Origin: Chiloscyllium plagiosum
Lineage: Eukaryota
Direction of reading: 5' to 3'
DNA: 42,086 bases
NCBI RefSeq assembly: GCF_004010195.1
Contig: NC_057741.1
Span: 3,380,742-3,422,827 of the forward strand
Position numbers and translations under genes: made by a program. The stretch's first letter is position 1. The number at the start of each line of letters is the position of its first letter. Of the stretch, positions 35,651 to 42,086 are shown in pieces. Under the pieces are notes generated by a model that worked only from the letters and a program-made list of their open reading frames with translations, searched no databases and was not told where the DNA came from.

Positions 35651-37242
35651 TTAGAGAAGCTACGTTTTATTTTCTTTTATTGTGGAATAAATAAGTATCG
35701 GTTCTTGAAAATAAATTCAATTTATGTTGTTTCTTCGAAGAGAATTGTTTAAACGTTGTGCTGGCTGCGGAGAAGCTTCCTACTGCTAAATCCCTTGATA
35801 GCACTGAGTTCCTTTAAACAAAGGACTTCCACACCATTTCCCTCAATGGCAGCTCACAGGCAATTTGCTTGATGTACTCTCCGTCTGGTCTGCGCACTGC
35901 TGGGTTCATACCAGGAGCAGTGCAATGAGGTTCTTCAATGGTGCCTTATTTGCCTCTGGTGACAAGGTGGAAAGACTGTTCACAGCCCCCCTGCTGCAGA
36001 CATAATCATAGTTGAAGTGGGAAGGTGATGTGATCTCCTACCTGATTAAATAACCCCACCACCAAACCTGCCACTTGGGAACAATAATAAATTGTAAGCT
36101 ATATCGAACAAAGCAGTTAATTGTTTTTTGAGAGCATTGCAAGCCTACGTGCTGGTTAGAAGGACACCCATGGAGATGGTTTATTTAAATTTCCAGAAAA
36201 CATCTGATTAGTCTATCTGGAAGAAATTATGAGGAAAATTGCACATTTTTAGAACTGGAATAAAATATCATATAAATGTGTACTTGTTGTTCATAGTGGG
36301 TAGCGATAAAAAAGAATTCTCTAAGTGGAGGTAACAAATGGTATAGCCCAGGGATCTCAATTAGGACTTACTTTGAAGCCAAAATATTACTCATTTCAGA
36401 TAAAGAAGGGACTTAGATGAAAAAATAAGGAGTTAAAAAAATGTTTACGGAAAGTTAGACAGCATGTTACATCGATGGCAATAGGAAGTTAGAAAGGGAC
36501 ATTGATGAGTGGACAAAGCTTATGGAGTTCAATGTGAACGATAGTGATGTCACCCACTTTAGAACGAGGTGGCTAAATCAAAATGTTTCTTTTATACAAT
36601 TTGTATTTCCTCAAACCGAACATCCTTGTGAATTTACATTGCATCCTTTCGATATGCTGCTGCTAATAGCAAATCCAATATTTCACTTCTTCCTTGGTTC
36701 TTAAAGTTTTAACCTTCTTCTTAAGCAACTCTGCAGTTTTCTTGATTGTGAAGGATATAATAATTTAATGATAAATCAGTTAGTTACAAGTTTATAATTT
36801 TAATCTCATGTAGCTTGGTATATTTTTTCTCCTGTAACATGATGATAATGTGAGGTAACTCTAGAACCGCAGCAACTTCAACGAAAGCAAATTCCCTGTT
36901 AACAGATGCTGATAAAACCAAGGGGTTTTGGTATTTGCAGAGCACTGGTCAGCTGCTTTTCCTCTCTGACCCTCCTGTTGGTGCATTGATGACATTATCC
37001 CCAGACCAGCAGCTATTAAATAGTTGTATTCCTTCCGGATTCACTTGGATAATGAGGGGTTAGTGGTGTGCATTTGCTAACCCAGAGCTATCTGATTTTC
37101 ACAAATTAATATTTGCAGTTCTTGGCGATTAACATCTGACTGAACTTACATCTGGGCAGCCAATACAGGAAACACTAGTTCCTCATTTTTAATGATTAGT
37201 ACTTCAGATTTAGAGAGTTTGTAACCATCTCTATCATTACAG

Positions 37243-37369
37243 CTAATTCAGAAAGGAATCTTCTAGTTTCGTCGAAATGTAAGCTTTTGGAGGTGTCATC
37301 CAAGATGATTATCACTGAACTGCCTAACGGTGAAAAAGTGGAACAACTGGCGAGAGATATAAAAATTAT
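37243..37369 (+). CDS. Candidate internal coding exon, unidentified host gene
   Basis: Acceptor CATCTCTATCATTACAG, only one open frame (NSERNLLVSSKCKLLEVSSKMIITELPNGEKVEQLARDIKI), consensus donor GTAAGT, phase 2. Confidence 0.5.
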
Positions 37370-37685
37370 GTAAGTGTTATTGTTGATTTGTGATTATATT
37401 CACCATACAGTCAAATACGTGCAAACACATACTATTAGGAACTGATTGTAGGAAGTATGCATCAGTCACATTGGATGGCAGGAAGAGCATGCGTCTCCCG
37501 TCAGGGACTTAGGAAATTGGACACAAACCATCCCACCACCCTGTTTCACACAAACCAAGGCCAACACAAACCTGTCAGATTTACTCCTATATTTCTACTT
37601 CTATTCATAGAAAAATAAAGTTAAAATTCTTGGACGACCTTACTGCCTGATTAAAAAGTTTCAGTTGGAAAAACTGGAACATAGA

Positions 37686-38003
37686 GCGGCTGGTGGTTAA
37701 GTGGTTAGCACCAGTGACCTCACAGCAGGAGGAACTTCGGTTGGATTCCACCCTCGGGTGACTATTTGGGTGGAGTTTGCACATTCTCCCTGTTTGTGTG
37801 TGTGTTTACTCCAGTTTCCTCCCACATTCCAACGATATGCAGTTTAGGTGGATTGGTGATGGTAAAATATCTGTAGTGTACAGGCTAGATAGTTGAAATA
37901 TGGGGATAGGGTAGGGGGCTGGTTTTGGGGGGGAGGGGATGCTCTTTAAAGGATTAGTGTGGACGAGATGGGCTGAATGGCCACTTTCCACACTGCAGGG
38001 ATT
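37686..38003 (+). mobile_element. Older HE1-type SINE
   Basis: Diverged head and core, GGAGTTTGCACATTCTCCC. Confidence 0.82.
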
Positions 38004-38637
38004 CAAGTTTTCTATAAAAAGCAAGTACGCAGTTGCCTTTGCTGATTTAATGATTGTCCAGGTGCTATATGAGCACTGCGTGGAAGGTGTAGTGACTCTA
38101 AGACATACCAGACCATGGAAATACCTTCTACTGGCAGTTGATAGCAATTCAGTGTATCTCTGTTTGATCCATCCTATGACAGCACAGAGTTCTTTCCCTC
38201 AATACGTTATTCAAAATATAATCATTTTCTTTAATATAATAATGCCTGTTTTGAATCATAAAATTACACAGTCAATCGGTTTCAGTTGTGTGATGTGTCA
38301 TCCAGTTGGTTTGAAACTACCTTCTTAGTCTTTGCCAGAAAGAAAAAGCCCAAACTGACTTTGGTTCAGTTTGAGTTACACTACACACTTGCCTCATTGA
38401 GAAATGTGAAATTACTTAAATGTAATATAATTGTAATTAACCTTTCATTTTATTAATTATCCAGCCCCCTCCCTGTTTCAGTGTTTCACTGTTAAGAAAT
38501 GTTAAAAGATTGATTTTAATAAATGCCTGGATAAAATCTCATCAGCAAACAAAGATGTTCACACTTTAGTGTTCTCGGAGTATATACTGAAAGTTTCTGG
38601 TAATCTTTAGTGAATGTTAATTGCTCTTTCATTGCAG

Positions 38638-38718
38638 AGTTCCTTTGAGAAGCAGACAGAACATTTCAGATCCAACATCCCCCCTTCGGACCCATTTTGT
38701 CTACAAGATTTCAGATTT
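38638..38718 (+). CDS. Candidate 81-nt coding exon, phase-compatible with 37243-37369
   Basis: Acceptor TTGCTCTTTCATTGCAG, donor GTATGA; the phase-2 reading VPLRSRQNISDPTSPLRTHFVYKISD is open. Confidence 0.5.
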
Positions 38719-38780
38719 GTATGATTGCTTCTTTTTTGTGACTTTTGCAATGTGTGATTGTATGGACTTGAGATCATCAT

Positions 38781-38835
38781 AACATAGAACATAGAACATA
38801 GAAACATAGAACATAGAACAATACAGCACAGAACA
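38781..38835 (-). mobile_element. CR1 3' tail (CATAGAA)n running into the gap
   Basis: Same tail as at 22653. Confidence 0.75.
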
Positions 38836-39335
38836 NNNNNNNNNNNNNNNNNNNNNNNNNNNNNNNNNNNNNNNNNNNNNNNNNNNNNNNNNNNNNNNNN
38901 NNNNNNNNNNNNNNNNNNNNNNNNNNNNNNNNNNNNNNNNNNNNNNNNNNNNNNNNNNNNNNNNNNNNNNNNNNNNNNNNNNNNNNNNNNNNNNNNNNNN
39001 NNNNNNNNNNNNNNNNNNNNNNNNNNNNNNNNNNNNNNNNNNNNNNNNNNNNNNNNNNNNNNNNNNNNNNNNNNNNNNNNNNNNNNNNNNNNNNNNNNNN
39101 NNNNNNNNNNNNNNNNNNNNNNNNNNNNNNNNNNNNNNNNNNNNNNNNNNNNNNNNNNNNNNNNNNNNNNNNNNNNNNNNNNNNNNNNNNNNNNNNNNNN
39201 NNNNNNNNNNNNNNNNNNNNNNNNNNNNNNNNNNNNNNNNNNNNNNNNNNNNNNNNNNNNNNNNNNNNNNNNNNNNNNNNNNNNNNNNNNNNNNNNNNNN
39301 NNNNNNNNNNNNNNNNNNNNNNNNNNNNNNNNNNN
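38836..39335. other. Assembly gap (500 N, placeholder size)
   Basis: Run of exactly 500 N. Confidence 1.
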
Positions 39336-42086
39336 GCAGTGTTTAACGCTAGTCTGCAGTGTTTAAAGTGAACCTGCAGTGTTTAACGCTAGCCTGCAGT
39401 GTTTAACGCTAGTTTGCAGTGTTTAAAGCTAGCCTGCAGTGTTTAAAGCTAGTCTGCAGTGTTTAACGCTAGTCTGCAGTGTTTAAAGCTAGCCTGCAGT
39501 GTCTAACGCTAGTCTGCAGTGTTTAAAGCTAGTCTGCAGTGTTTAACGCTAGTCTGCAGTGTTTAAAGCTAGTCTGCAGTGTTTAAAGCTAGCCTGCAGT
39601 GTTTAAAGCTAGCCTGCAGTGTTTAAAGCGAACCTGCAGTGTTTAACGCTAGCCTGCAGTGTTTAAAGCTAGCCTGCAGTGTTTAAAGCTAGTCTGCAGT
39701 GTTCAAAGCTAGTCTGCAGTGTTCAAAGCTAGCCTGCAGTGTTCAAAGCTAGCCTGCAGTGTTTAAAGCTAGCCTGCAGTGTTCAACGCTAGTCTGCAGT
39801 GCTTAAAGCTAGCCTGCAGTGTTTAAAGCTAGCCTGCAGTGTTTAACGCTAGCCTGCAGTGTTCAAAGCTAGCCTGCAGTGTTCAAAGCTAGCCTGCAGT
39901 GTTTAACGCTAGTCTGCAGTGTTTAAAGCGAGCCTGCACTGTTTAAAGCTAGCCTGCAGTGTTTAACGCTAGTCTGCAGTGTTTAACGCTAGCCTGCAGT
40001 GTTTAACGCTAGCCTGCAGTGTTTAAAGCTAGCCAGCAGTGTTTAACGCTAGTCTGCAGTGCTTAACGCTAGCCTGCAGTGTTTAAAGCTAGTCTGCAGT
40101 GTTTAAAGCTAGACTGCAGTGTTTAAAGCTAGACTGCAGTGTTTAACGCTAGTCTGCAGTGTTTAAAGCAAGCCTGCAGTGTTTAATGCTAGTCTGCAGT
40201 GTTTAAAGCTAGTCTGCAGTGTTTAAAGCAAGCCTGCTGTGTTTAACGCCAGCCTGCAGTGTTTAAAGCTAGTCTGCAGTGTTTAACACTAGCCTGCAGT
40301 GTTTAAAGCTAGTCTGCAGTGTTTAAAGCTAGTCTGCAGTGTTTAACGCTAGCCTGCAGTGTTTAAAGCTAGTCTGCAGTGTTTAAAGCTAGTCTGCAGT
40401 GTTTAAAGCAAGCCTGCTGTGTTTAAAGCTAGTCTGCAGTGTTCAACGCTAGCCTGCAGTGTTTAAAGCTAGTCTGCAGTGTTTAAAGCTAGTCTGCAGT
40501 GTTTAAAGCTAGTCTGTAGTGTTTAAAGCTAGACTGCAGTGTTTAACGCTAGTCTGCAGTGTTTAAAGCTAGCCAGCAGTGTTTAAAGCTAGACTGCAGT
40601 GTTTAAAGCTAGACTGCAGTGTTTAATGCTAGTCTGCAGTGTTTAAAGCTAGCCTGCAGTGTTTAACGCTACTCTGCAGCGTTTAAAGCAAGCCTGCAGT
40701 GTTTAAAGCTAGTCTGCAGTGTTTAAAGCGAGCCTGCAGTGTTTAACGCTACTCTGCAGCGTTTAAAGCTAGACTGCAGTGATTAACGCTAGTCTGCAGT
40801 GTTTAAAGCTAGCCTGCAGTGTTTAAAGCTAGACTGCAGTGATTAACGCTAGTCTGCAGTGTTTAAAGCTAGCCTGCAGTTTTTAACGCTACTCTGCAGC
40901 GTTTAAAGCAAGCCTGCAGTGTTTAAAGCCAGTCTGCAGTGTTTAAAGCTAGTCTGCAGTGTTTAAAGCTAGCCTGCAGTGTTTAAAGCGAGCATGCAGT
41001 GTTTAAAGCTAGACTGCAGTGTTTAACGCAAGTCTGCAGTGTTTAAAGCTAGTCTGCAGTGTTTAAAGCCAGTCTGCAGTGTTTAAAGCTAGTCTGCAGT
41101 GTTTAAAGCTAGCCTGCAGTGTTTAAAGCGAGCATGCAGTTTAAAGCTAGACTGCAGTGTTTAACGCAAGTCTGCAGTGTTTAAAGCTAGTCTGCAGTGT
41201 TTAAAGCCAGTCTGCAGTGTTTAAAGCTAGTCTGCAGTGTTTAAAGCTAGTCTGCAGTGTTTAAAGCTAGACTGCAGTGATTAACGCTAGTCTGCAGTGT
41301 GTAAAGCTAGCCTGCAGTTTTTAACGCTACTCTGCAGCGTTTAAAGCAAGCCTGCAGTGTTTAAAGCCAGTCTGCAGTGTTTAAAGCTAGTCTGCAGTGT
41401 TTAAAGCTAGCCTGCAGTGTTTAAAGCGAGCATGCAGTGTTTAAAGCTAGACTGCAGTGTTTAACGCAAGTCTGCAGTGTTTAAAGCTAGTCTGCAGTGT
41501 TTAAAGCTAGTCTGCAGCGTTTAAAGCTAGTCTGCAGTGTTTAACGCTAGTCTGCAGTGTTTAAAGCGAGCTAGTCTGCAGTGTTTAAAGCTAGTCTGCA
41601 GTGTTTAACGCTAGTCTGCAGTGTTTAAAGCGAGCATGCAGTGTTTAAAGCTAGTCTGCAGTGTTTAAAAAACTAAACTGCAGGCTAGCGTTAAACACCG
41701 CAGACTAGCTTTAAACGCTGCAGAGTAGCGTTAAACACTGCAGGCTAGCTTTAAACACTGCAGACTAGTGTTAAACACTGCAGTCTAGCTTTAAACACTG
41801 CAGTCTAGCTTTAAACACTGCTGACTAGCTTTAAACACTGCAGGCTAGCGTTAAGCACTGCAGACTAGCGTTAAACACTGCTGGCTAGCTTTAAACACTG
41901 CAGGCTAGCGTTAAACACTGCAGGCTAGCGTTAAACACTGCAGACTAGCTTTAAACACTGCAGACTAGCGTTAAACACTGCAGGCTAGCGTTAAACACAG
42001 CAGACTAGCTTTAAACACTGCAGACTAGCGTTAAACACTGCAGGCTAGCGTTAAACACTGCAGACTAGCATTAAACACTGCAGGCT
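39336..42086. repeat. 20-bp satellite with a strand switch at ~41670
   Basis: Unit GCAGTGTTTAA(A/C)GCTAG(T/C)CT up to ~41668; reverse-complement units (TTAAACACTGCAGACTAGC) after ~41674. Confidence 0.98.

Noticed and set aside
35741-35789. ELFKRCAGCGEASYC, resembling a MYND-type zinc finger half
   Set aside because: Followed immediately by a stop with no donor site; probably chance.

Overview
Repeat-dense vertebrate genomic DNA, almost certainly from a shark or other elasmobranch (nine HE1-type tRNA-derived SINEs plus their partner CR1 LINE tails). The first ~31 kb are nested, decayed retroelements: Tx1, CR1, a second APE-RT LINE, RTE, Penelope-like elements (PLEs) and Deu-type SINEs. No intact protein-coding gene is present. 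A few candidate spliced exons of an unidentified + strand host gene lie at ~31.7-38.7 kb. Three things stand out. (1) A set of Penelope-derived minimal hammerhead ribozyme (HHR) modules: two intact cores, one tandem pair, and four tiny inserts flanked by target-site duplications (TSDs), two of them fold-back hairpins. (2) A 3.1-kb, 21-bp GC-rich minisatellite with an ordered 5+8-unit higher-order pattern; it is stop-free in all six frames and produces the five ~1045-aa ORFs. (3) A 20-bp palindrome-rich satellite after a 500-N scaffold gap, which switches strand at ~41670. Boundaries of old elements are approximate, and family names come from motif recognition, not database searches.
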